Assembly (NCBI RefSeq): GCF_001194135.2
Contig: NC_068987.1
Coordinates: 67,538,190-67,602,189, forward strand
DNA: 64,000 bases
Origin: Octopus bimaculoides
Lineage: Eukaryota
Direction of reading: 5' to 3'
The notes under the pieces were generated by a model. It was not told the DNA's origin. It was given only the letters and a program-made list of their open reading frames with translations, and ran no database searches. A program made the translations under genes and the position numbers. Below, in pieces: positions 24,170-35,600 of this stretch (position 1 is the stretch's first letter; each line of letters opens with the position of its first letter).

Positions 24170-25420
24170 TATCTTGTGCTGAAAGTAGTCTACCTGTCCT
24201 GTTATGGAAGGTTGTCGAAGTGGCTTGCTAGCAGAAGTATTCGAAGAAGGAAAAATTAGGGTTGGATTTGGACGAATTTTGCGACGGAGTGAAGTTTAAC
24301 GTACGGCACTTGAGCGATGGTATTTTAGAACTAGAATCTGTCGTGGTGGATCAATATGGAATAGAAAGTCTTAAAATATACAGCTAAAAGGAGCTAGGTG
24401 AGGTCAAAGAGGAATAAATAGCTGAAGCAGTGATGAACGTGGCTGGTATCACTGAAGAGTGACGGAAAGGCTGCTTGCAACCATGAGAAAAGTTTGATAT
24501 TTGGTATTGAGGAAAAGGAGAGTGTAGGCCTTATGGATCTTGTAACGGTAGTTAGCAGAGACATCGTGTAGGGACGGTGCTAGTCTTGTGATTGTGTACG
24601 GGAGGAGTGATAACAGGCGGAATCGATGTAAATTGGTGTGGTAACATGAGCTGCTGTATGGGGTTTAGTTTACAGTAGAATGGAAGGTTAAGGAGTCTTT
24701 GAACCACCTTGGAATAGCAGCAGTTAAACCGATTTTATGATAAGGTCATGTCTGTCCTTAGGTGGAAAGAGTGCAGTGAGTTCAATCCGAAAATGGCTTG
24801 ATTCTCCTAAACGCTTTTGAAACTCAAAACGGTATAGTGTTGGCACAAACTGGGAAAAAAGATCTAGGATCTTGAGCTTTATTTGGCCGAGTGTCCAATG
24901 GATGAATGTGGGAAAAATCGGTGAAACAGTCAGTGGTGTTTCTTTTCCAAGCTTTCTCCAATGAAAAACACGCAGCTTGGTTAGCGGTTGGAACCACAAG
25001 ATGGATCTGAACCTGGAATTCATCAGCAAGTAGTTTCAGTTGAATGACACAAGGGATCGACTGCTTAACCTTTGACTGAGAATTTAGAACAAATATATTA
25101 ACAAAATGTGAATCTGCGAACAATAGAGAGGTCAGCTATCATCCTATGGGCTACGAAAGAAGATGAATACAATTAGATTGATTTGACATATGAAAGGGGC
25201 AACGAAATACGTTACGAGAGGGGTGCCGATAGAAGATAAATTAGACAGATGTGATAAATATCACGTTCGAAGGGCAAATCACTTCTCCATCTCAATAGAT
25301 CGTACCTCCACCCATTTAAAAATTTTAAGCCTCAGTGCCTCTTTCCATTTAAACATCACGTTTGGCGCTTCAGGTTCTTTGCAATGATATCCGTTGTGAT
25401 GTAAGACCGGAATAAATTTA
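24170..25420 (-). mobile_element. Probable decayed LINE ORF1-like relic
   Basis: Higher GC than flanks, overlapping broken ORFs (TLGQIKLKILDLFSQF..RFEFQK..FRIEL) and a degenerate knuckle-like SANYRYKIHKAY segment; family not identified. Confidence 0.3.
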
Positions 25421-25950
25421 CTATTTATTTCGTCATCGAATCATGATCTAGTCTAGAACCAGTTATCTCTTCTACGCCACTAAATTCCTTCTTGACACAC
25501 TTGCTTTCGTTCTAATGGCAACGTTTGATAACAGGTCACTGATATAACCATTAGATTCGAATCGGGATGAAACTACGTAAACCGGTTTAGTAAGTTGAGC
25601 TCCAAACCTTTACGCATCTTAACCGCCTCACACAGAACCATACAACTACTGAACCGGTTACAAAATATTACTGCAGTTATCATCCTTACTTATAAATAAT
25701 CGAGTTGCCTTAATTTAGAAACACATCTTGACCTTCAAAATGCATTGTACATACATACATACATACATACATACATACATACATACAAAGTATGGGGGTT
25801 TAGTTCACAGGTAATCTACACGATTAGGTATGCTAGGTAAGTAGTGTAATGGATTACTAGGTTTGCAAGACTGAATTTTTTCCAATAATAACATTGTATA
25901 CGACATAAGATGTATGTCTTGCCTTAATATTTGTTGTCCTCTTTAACTAG

Positions 25951-25984
<34 letters not shown>

Positions 25985-26750
25985 ACATACATACACNNNN
26001 NNNNNNNNNNNNNNNNNNNNNNNNNNNNNNNNNNNNNNNNNNNNNNNNNNNNNNNNNNNNNNNNNNNNNNNNNNNNNNNNNNNNNNNNNNNNNNNNNNNN
26101 NNNNNNNNNNNNNNNNNNNNNNNNNNNNNNNNNNNNNNNNNNNNNNNNNNNNNNNNNNNNNNNNNNNNNNNNNNNNNNNNNNNNNNNNNNNNNNNNNNNN
26201 NNNNNNNNNNNNNNNNNNNNNNNNNNNNNNNNNNNNNNNNNNNNNNNNNNNNNNNNNNNNNNNNNNNNNNNNNNNNNNNNNNNNNNNNNNNNNNNNNNNN
26301 NNNNNNNNNNNNNNNNNNNNNNNNNNNNNNNNNNNNNNNNNNNNNNNNNNNNNNNNNNNNNNNNNNNNNNNNNNNNNNNNNNNNNNNNNNNNNNNNNNNN
26401 NNNNNNNNNNNNNNNNNNNNNNNNNNNNNNNNNNNNNNNNNNNNNNNNNNNNNNNNNNNNNNNNNNNNNNNNNNNNNNNNNNNNNNNNNNNNNNNNNNNN
26501 NNNNNNNNNNNNNNNNNNNNNNNNNNNNNNNNNNNNNNNNNNNNNNNNNNNNNNNNNNNNNNNNNNNNNNNNNNNNNNNNNNNNNNNNNNNNNNNNNNNN
26601 NNNNNNNNNNNNNNNNNNNNNNNNNNNNNNNNNNNNNNNNNNNNNNNNNNNNNNNNNNNNNNNNNNNNNNNNNNNNNNNNNNNNNNNNNNNNNNNNNNNN
26701 NNNNNNNNNNNNNNNNNNNNNNNNNNNNNNNNNNNNNNNNNNNNNNNNNN

Positions 26751-27960
26751 TGAAGCAATATAATGAGAATTGTTAAAGGAAATCTTAAAACAAGCTGTTA
26801 GCTGACAATTAAAGGGGCAAGCCACTAGTAGACCATTGATAATGATACAAGGGAAATTTTATCATGGGTACTATAGTTAAATATTTTAAACAATATTGTC
26901 ATATTGTATAAAGTTAAAATTTAGGGCTATTCAGAAGGTTGTTAAGAATAAAATGTGTTGAATACTTTTGAGTATTTTAAACTAAAAATTGTTTATTTAC
27001 TTATTTTCCTTGTATCAATAAAGACTGATACCTGGTATTAGCTAAAGGAATATTCATGTTATAGGATATGTTAATTATATACTAATTATGAACTAAGAAG
27101 TATATTATAGGTTTTAAAGTTATTTGTGTTACTTCATACATAATATTATAGTTTCTTAGGGGTACTTAATTAGAAGGGCTGCTTACATAAAGGCCCTTAT
27201 AAATATTAACGTCAGGACGGTGGAACGCCTTAAGACAGGGGTAAATAAAGTAATTACGAAAACCATTTTAAACAATATTGCCATATTGTATAAAGTTAAA
27301 ATTTAGGATTATCAAGGAGATTATTAAGAAGAATATTATAACAAAAGGATAAAATTTATTTGAATACTTTTGAGTATATACCAAATTTCACCACAATAGA
27401 GGGAGGAAAAGAAATTACATACAAATAGTTTTGTATTTATACATATTATATACTTAAATATTAACTTATTAGATGGAATCTATGGAGATTGATCAATTGG
27501 CATTTACTGGTATTTAATAAAGGAGCACTGAGGCGAAAGAACATGCTAAAAATATATAAATTAAATTATAATCTAAGCAGTTTATTTTAAGTTGTGAAGA
27601 TACCCGTATTGTTTTAAATAAGCTAAGTATGAATATATAGGGGTACAAAAATTAGGTTTATTTCATATAGACAATTATAAAGTATTAAAATTATCTGATA
27701 GGGTAGAACACCATAGAAAAGGAATAAAATAGCTTAATCATTAAAAACCATGATGAAGTATATATATACACCTTAGAAACGTATCTTATATATTCATGCA
27801 TTGATATACCCATCCCTATTTTGTTTCAAAATTTACCTGGTTCAATATTACCTTCCATCTCAGCAGGGAAAATATACATTAGAATCAATTACGTACAGGG
27901 GTTAATATGATTATTTGTGTTAATTCATACTAATATGATTAATTTGTGATTTTGGGAAGA
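26751..27960. repeat. AT-rich block with diverged internal repeats at about 380-400 bp spacing
   Basis: 43-mer at 26883 recurs at 27265 with 1 mismatch; TTGAATACTTTTGAGTAT at 26958 and 27360; TTATTTGTGTTA.TTCATAC at 27120 and 27911. Confidence 0.7.
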
Positions 27961-29441
27961 AAAAAAATCCGTTTTGTATCAGTGCATCGGATCGTTATTA
28001 TCAATATTAGTTGAATAGATAAAAAAGAAAAAAACAGCAAACACCAGATTTACAAGGGCGGCATGAATCATGCCTTATTCAAAGACATTAGCATCTTTCA
28101 TACGTGAAATGTAATACATGAGCGAGGATGGAAATCGAGTCAGAGAAAAGATTTATGTGGATGTTAACTTTTCTCAACGGCGTTCGCTTCTACGAAAGTT
28201 TATAACAAGCCTATTATGCTGACATATTTTAACAACAGAGGAATTACATTCAACAAAGAGATTATTCTCAAATCAGAAATGATCTGCACTGCTATCCAGC
28301 TGTGTTCGTTTTTGTGTATGACTGATGCCAACGTTTTAATAGCAAGGAAATAGTATCTGATCCGGAAGCCAACCGGTTTTATCGATTCGTGCAATTAAGT
28401 CTAGTTCAAACAAATATTACCCATTGTTCAGCTTAACGAGAAACATATGTCCGAGTCCATCCACAACCTGAAAATATTATAATCAGCGGGACGCTTGTTA
28501 TTTAAGTATTTGTAGCCTATTTACTCGCAGGTGATAAAAGGGTCCGTGTAATTTCATTTGAAGGTATATTTTCAACATGTTTATAGCAGACACACTCCTT
28601 AACAGCATAATACAGCCGAGCGATAGGAAAGGCATTTGAAAAGACCTGTAGGTGTGGGAAAGGATTCAGCTTCTAATTGGTGATACAGGCCGACTAACCC
28701 TTCATATCCAAATGACCAAAACACATGAAACACATACACTCACGCACACACGCACACACTCACACACACACACACAAACACACAAACAAACAAACAAACA
28801 TACACGCAATCACACATCCAAAATGTACACAATCACAGACACATGTAACAGCGTGTGTATTTTCTTGTCATTTGCTTCCATGGTTCAGTTTTAGTTTGTA
28901 TGTATATATGTATTTATGTAGTCAATGGTTTTACTAAGATTTGGTATATAAAGAGTACCTGTGCAGATGAATAATTTTCAGTGTGTGTAGCTTGCACTGC
29001 ACTAACCCCACCTATTGGCCCAAGAAGACTTTCGACGGTGTGACATGGAAATTGACAAAACCAGGAATTTCCAAGGCGTCAGGTTTTATTTCGGAGATTT
29101 TCTTCTGGGCAGATTACCAACCAAGGTTAAAGAGCTTCAGGCTGCCCATGAGGTAAGCAATCCCACTCCAGACACCAAACCGACACCCAAACACTGTATA
29201 AAGTGATCAAATATCACTTCGGTGTCTAACGCGGAGTAGCTCATTTATACATACAAAAAAAGTAAGACGTTATTTAAAAAATATAATTAATATTAAAATG
29301 TAAATACTATATATATATATATATATAAATGAAATATTCAAACACTGAGATTTGATATATTATATGTATATATATAAAGTAAAAGATATGTAATTAAAGA
29401 ATATAAATAAAATAAGATTTAAATATAATATATGCGTAAAA

Positions 29442-29476
<35 letters not shown>

Positions 29477-29550
29477 CTTGTAAGAATATATATATATATA
29501 TATATATATATANNNNNNNNNNNNNNNNNNNNTATATATAAAAGTTTTAC

Positions 29551-29725
29551 ACATATTTGTTGGATGGCCATTGTCTGCTCATCAGTTCCTCCACCCTTTG
29601 ACAGGTTTTATTTTTCATCCCACAGGGTATCCAACAATCGCCTTCCTCACCAAGCAGACCTTGTGAGGTTACCAGCTTTGTCATCGAGGACCCGACCATA
29701 CAACAGTAGTACGCAAGAGCGACCT
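29551..29725 (-). mobile_element. RTE-like 5' end / 5'UTR with HDV-like ribozyme remnant
   Basis: Ordered motifs GCTCTTG..TCCTCGA..CAAAGC-TGGTAAC-hairpin-GGCGA, then GGATGAAAAATAAAACCTG. Confidence 0.55.
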
Positions 29726-29729
29726 GACA

Positions 29730-30116
29730 TATATTACGATCGAAAAAGTGAGTCTCAATGACATTTTGTGAGCACAGTTTGTCACAGACCATGCCTTTCC
29801 TCTGCTGGTCTAAAATCTCATTTACAGACCCGTGGGAAACGAACTTCCACCACCTCTTCTGCCCATGTATCTGTGCACACTTTTCAATGGAATGCATGCC
29901 AGAAGGTCTGCAAATCTAACGGTTGCCTCAAAAGACATCTTAAGATACACAAAGAACTCAAATGGCAGCTTTTGGTGGTCCAAATTGGATATGCAATTTA
30001 TGTGGGTGCTTCTTCAAAACATTGTCTAGTTTAAAAAGCCACATCATGTGCTATGATGGTTCCAAGGTGTAGGCTCAGGAAGTGATAAAACTCTGCATCG
30101 GTAGACAACTACCGAT
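29730..30116 (+). mobile_element. RTE-like LINE 3' end encoding three degenerate C2H2 zinc fingers, terminal hairpin and (TATG)n tail
   Basis: [S]TVC-x12-HLQT[R], [W]NAC-x12-HLKIH, CNLC-x12-HIMC[Y]; 9-bp hairpin CATCGGTAG-ACAA-CTACCGATG directly before (TATG)n; clade assignment is inference. Confidence 0.6.
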
Positions 30117-31030
30117 GTATGTATGTATGTATGTATGTATGTAAGTATGTATATGTGTATGTATGTGTGTATGTATGTATGTATGTATGAATGCATGCAT
30201 GTATGTATGTATATATGTATATATGTATATATATATATATATATATATANNNNNNNNNNNNNNNNNNNNNNNNNNNNNNNNNNNNNNNNNNNNNNNNNNN
30301 NNNNNNNNNNNNNNNNNNNNNNNNNNNNNNNNNNNNNNNNNNNNNNNNNNNNNNNNNNNNNNNNNNNNNNNNNNNNNNNNNNNNNNNNNNNNNNNNNNNN
30401 NNNNNNNNNNNNNNNNNNNNNNNNNNNNNNNNNNNNNNNNNNNNNNNNNNNNNNNNNNNNNNNNNNNNNNNNNNNNNNNNNNNNNNNNNNNNNNNNNNNN
30501 NNNNNNNNNNNNNNNNNNNNNNNNNNNNNNNNNNNNNNNNNNNNNNNNNNNNNNNNNNNNNNNNNNNNNNNNNNNNNNNNNNNNNNNNNNNNNNNNNNNN
30601 NNNNNNNNNNNNNNNNNNNNNNNNNNNNNNNNNNNNNNNNNNNNNNNNNNNNNNNNNNNNNNNNNNNNNNNNNNNNNNNNNNNNNNNNNNNNNNNNNNNN
30701 NNNNNNNNNNNNNNNNNNNNNNNNNNNNNNNNNNNNNNNNNNNNNNNNNNNNNNNNNNNNNNNNNNNNNNNNNNNNNNNNNNNNNNNNNNNNNNNNNNNN
30801 NNNNNNNNNNNNNNNNNNNNNNNNNNNNNNNNNNNNNNNNNNNNNNNNNNNNNNNNNNNNNNNNNNNNNNNNNNNNNNNNNNNNNNNNNNNNNNNNNNNN
30901 NNNNNNNNNNNNNNNNNNNNNNNNNNNNNNNNNNNNNNNNNNNNNNNNNNNNNNNNNNNNNNNNNNNNNNNNNNNNNNNNNNNNNNNNNNNNNNNNNNNN
31001 NNNNNNNNNNNNNNNNNNNNNNNNNNNNNN

Positions 31031-31075
<45 letters not shown>

Positions 31076-31430
31076 ATGCATATATATAAGTATACATTAC
31101 TCGCGCACAATACATATAGCATGAAGAGCATACATCAATGTTAAAATATATACTACATTCGAATATATTGGCACTTACATAAATCTGCTACCATGAAAAA
31201 GAAAATGGGCAAGGAAGAGTATTTTAAGAATTACAATGTAATTTATATAGATGCCTTCATAAACAACCATCTGTACGTACATATATAAATATATTCTTGT
31301 AGAGAGACGTAAATATAAGAGATAGAGATCAACAAAACAAACAGTATATTTAAAAATTACTGATATTATCAATGGAGTAATACAGGCTGCATCCCTCCAA
31401 TTTTACGCACACACACACACACACATACAC

Positions 31431-31465
<35 letters not shown>

Positions 31466-31980
31466 CACAAATACACTCATGCTCACATAATATTACTTCA
31501 AATTTCGTGGATTTAGGAGATTGGCATTCGGTCAGATGCTCGAAGAGAGACTGCAGTAATTCTATAAGAAACTTCATATAGCATATAAATATGAGGCATA
31601 ATGGAAGACACGCCCTATTCCCAGGAGATCTTGAAGATAATTACAAAATACATATAAACCGAAGAGGTATATTGAATGCTATTGCTGCGAGCATGTATAT
31701 TGTATGTTTGTNNNNNNNNNNNNNNNNNNNNNNNNNNNNNNNNNNNNNNNNNNNNNNNNNNNNNNNNNNNNNNNNNNNNNNNNNNNNNNNNNNNNNNNNN
31801 NNNNNNNNNNNNNNNNNNNNNNNNNNNNNNNNNNNNNNNNNNNNNNNNNNNNNNNNNNNNNNNNNNNNNNNNNNNNNNNNNNNNNNNNNNNNNNNNNNNN
31901 NNNNNNNNNNNNNNNNNNNNNNNNNNNNNNNNNNNNNNNNNNNNNNNNNNNNTGTATGTATGTATGTATATATGTATATA

Positions 31981-33058
31981 CAGGGTCTTGCAGATAAATT
32001 GAGACCAATTATAAGCCGTTGACTTAGTGAGTTTAACATTTCATGTTTCGACAATACCTTGCTTTCTTGAAAATCTAAGCATCCTGTTTATTGTTCTGGT
32101 ATATAAAGAACTGATTCTACAGCAGATAATCATGGAACAAAATCGTTCGGCCACTGTTAATTTGGCGTGCGCTAGGCACACTGCCAATAAAGTTATTAAG
32201 TTCACGAAACTTTTAAAGGCATCAGTTTATTGTGTGTATAAAGAATTTAACGAAGAGCGAGTGATTGACAGCCAAGGCCAAAGCAACCAGAGCAGAGAGA
32301 TGCCGAAAGCTCTTGTCATTCATCAAGCATCAAAGTGCAGGAAAGACTCTCAAGTTTGTTTGCGAGAAGTTCACTGTGGACACTGAAGTGAATCGTAGAA
32401 ATTCTCGATTGATTGCATACAACCCTTCTGCCACCCCTCCTGTGATTGAGACTAAAAATCTTGCCTCTACGATGGTATCTGGAGCTGTGTCGAATTCTGA
32501 AATTGTCATGGGTTCACACTTCATTGAGTGTGGCTTGAAAATCGGCACAAAGGTGTATCTGGACATCCTGAAGAACTCTCTCTTACCTTGGATGAAACAG
32601 CAGTTTGTGCTTGACAATGTAGTGCTTATCCAGGATTCTGTACCATGTCATGGTTCAAAAGTAACACAGGCCTTCCTTGTTGAGAAGGTGCCATTTTTTG
32701 TGAGGGCTAACATCTGGCCCAGTAATAGCCCAGATCTCAACCTTCTCGGTTACTTTTTATGGGGTGTACTTTAAGCAAGGACTAATGTCCCACTACACTC
32801 GGGTGTCAAAAGTTAGAAGACCTCCATCGTGCGTGTGACACGAAAAATCAAAATGGCGGGTCTCGCGGCTGCTGCTGCAAAAAAATTGTTCTCATGTGGA
32901 GGCAGTAATGGCCCAAAAGTGCGGCCATATTGAATGATAAAGGGCTTTTTTTTGCAATAAATGTTACATTAAAATTATATGTCTAGTACTATTATTTTAG
33001 TATTTGTAACCAGTTTTATACATCGTAAACATTGTCTCAATTTATCTACAAGACCCTG
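31981..33058 (+). mobile_element. Tc1/mariner DD37D (maT-like) transposon with both TIRs, internally deleted
   Basis: About 28-bp TIRs CAGGGTCTTG(C/T)AGATAAATTGAGAC; left TA, right TG; ORF 32265-32774 with QDSVPCH..WPSNSPDLNLL[G]Y: 37 residues between D2 and the D3 position, D3 mutated to G. Confidence 0.92.
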
Positions 33059-33733
33059 TGTTCTTATAAATCTCAATCTCATATGTGTGCAAACGCTTGA
33101 GTCCATTCTGTTATACTCATTTATGTATATGCATGTGAATATGCATATTAATGCATATATGTCTGCATATTCACCTATGTGCCTATCAGCTTGAGCGTGT
33201 CTATCTGCTTAAATGCATGTGCGATGTATGTGTGATGTATGCCTTTGTCTGTGTGTGTATGTGTATATAAGAATAATGACATAGAGAGGCACTATGATGA
33301 AATGGGGTGAGGATTAAAACAGGAGAGAGATCAAGAGCAAAGATAAAGCTTATATATTAATATCATGTTGTAATCCTAATATTTAGGGTAAAAACATTAA
33401 ACAAATCGTTTCTTACATTTGACGAAAAACAGGAGCAAAATCAAGCTTCGTTGGTCCCGACTGACTGACTGACTCACTCACTCACTCGCTCACTCATTCA
33501 CTCACCCACTCACCTACGCAATCAATCACTCACCAGCTCATTCTCTTTGTTTCTTTCTGTCTTTCTCTCTCTCTCTCTGTCCCTCTCTCTGCCACACACA
33601 CTCGCACACACAAACACATACACATTCACTAAATGGACACAGATACACAAGCATGCAAGACGTTGTGTTCGATGTGCGCGTGCTGTTGGGAAGGGTTACC
33701 TCGATGAATATACGAAACTTTTATTGTGTATGC

Positions 33734-33776
<43 letters not shown>

Positions 33777-34196
33777 CGTGCGTGTGTGTGTGTGCATTTG
33801 TGTGAGAGTACACTCCCCACAGGTTGTTTTAGAATAAAGGAAGTATTAGACGATGCTAGTAGAATATCTATGGAAATTATGTGTTTTAGCAAAACACAAA
33901 TGGCGTTTAGCTATACATAACAGCATGAGTTTAGCAGTAAGATAGAAGCTTAGTGAAATTAGAGACATTTTTCAGCGCTGAATCCTTTCATTATCAAACG
34001 AAATCGAGACAAAAGCCATTAAGTCAGTAGGGGGCATAAAGAATTTTTTTTTTCGCTATCAGTTCAGCTTAAATGAATTAACAACTCTGTGCCCAGTTGA
34101 CAACTCTGACGTTTAAGTCATTCACTATCGAATGTTGGTGGGGATATGAAATACATCAAACGGCTAAATTCCTTACCCATTGCCCAATTAAAGCAT

Positions 34197-34410
34197 ATAT
34201 TCTTTTAGTCATTTACGTGTTTCGGTAATTGTAGTGCGGCCCTGCTGCAGCAACGCTTCGAAAGACTTTGTCGATCACATCGACCCTAGTATAGGTCTCT
34301 TACCTTTGGTATTTGATCTATGAGCTTATTTCGCCGAACTGCTGAATTCTAGAGACGTACACAAACCAACAGTGGTTGTAAATGGCTTTCGCAGACATAC
34401 ACATAGACAC
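34197..34410 (-). mobile_element. SINE family B, decayed 3' half
   Basis: Minus GTTCGGCGAAATAAG and GGGTCGATGTGATCGACAAAG blocks with TGACTAAAAGAAT tail. Confidence 0.6.
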
Positions 34411-34521
34411 ACAGACACACTCTCATGCACGCGCACATATGAGGAGGCTTGTTGTGTGTTTATATCTTTATGTTTATCTATCTATCTATTTATCCATCTA
34501 TTTATATGTATGTGTGTGTTT

Positions 34522-34552
<31 letters not shown>

Positions 34553-34562
34553 NNNNNNNNNN

Positions 34563-35600
34563 ATATCGACTCCTTACTTCCTTTTTTCTAAAATGCACCA
34601 TAAATGTTCAATAATATTGAGATCTGGGGACTGTGGCGGCCAGATAAGATGTTCAACTTCACTAGAATGTTCCTGGTGCCATTCAGTAACAGGTTTAGCT
34701 GTGTGAATTGGTGCATTATCATCCCTAAAGATTACGTTTCCCCTCGGAAGCAGTTCCGCAAACATAGGATGTATTTGATCTGATAAAATGCTTAAATAGT
34801 CTTGAATATTAATTCTACCATGAAGGGAAACCATTGGGCTGACGGATTTCCAAGATATAGCCCACCACATCATCACAGATCCTCCTCCATGTTTAACATT
34901 TGGAAGAAGGCAGTCTGGGTCAAATGCTTCTTTTGCCTGTCTCTATACGTATACTCGGCCGNNNNNNNNNNNNNNNNNNNNNNNNCACGTATACTCGGCC
35001 GGTGGTCGGAAATAAGGTAAAGGATGACTCGTCCGAGAAAATAAAATTCTTCCACTGCACTAGGGAACAATTCTGTAGGATCTCACTCCACTCCAAACGC
35101 TTTGCAACGTTTGTTTTTGAAAGTAGCGTTTTTCTGATAGCAGCCCTCCCGTGAAATCCGGCTTCGTGCAGCTCCTGGCTAACCTTTTTGTGGAAACTGG
35201 GTTTTCGAAGTGGTCATTAAGCTCTGCAGTAGTTTTGGGAGCTGTACTTTTGTGATTCTTTCTAACAATTTGCGAAAGAGTCCGACGTTTCATATCTGAA
35301 AGTTTTGGTTTTCTTCCGGAGTTTTGTTTCGATGAGGAGGTTTTCCCTTCTTCTCAAAGGCTGCCATAACTTTCGAGTTTGAACTTCTTGATACGCCAAA
35401 GATTTTGACTGTTATCATATAGTGCCTGCCATACGAGCACCAACAATTTGACCTTTTTGAAAGTCCGATTGATCTGTCATTTTAATGAATTTTTATTACC
35501 TTTTTCTGATGATAGCTGAAAAGAAACAGCAATTTTAGCGAAACATATTAAGCAACACTAAAAATTAAAAAAATAAACAAAACAAAAATAAACAAACCTT
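34563..35600 (-). mobile_element. Tc1-like transposon relic with DD36E spacing (Incomer-like)
   Basis: Start MTDQSDFQKGQIVGARMAG (ATG 35480); RRTLSQIVRKNHKSTAPK; FSDESSFTLFPTTGRVYV; FRDDNAPIH..WPPQSPDLNIIEHLW with 36 residues between D and E. Confidence 0.9.

Noticed and set aside
29015-29206. Candidate exon ending in GAG|GTAAGC
   Set aside because: Contains ACCAACCAAGGTTAAAGAGC..GCTGCCC, which resembles a retroelement UTR segment on the minus strand, and lacks a good acceptor; more likely TE-derived
34948-35000. Direct repeat CGTATACTCGGCCG on both sides of a short gap
   Set aside because: Unmerged contig overlap; the transposase reads through as TTGRVYV
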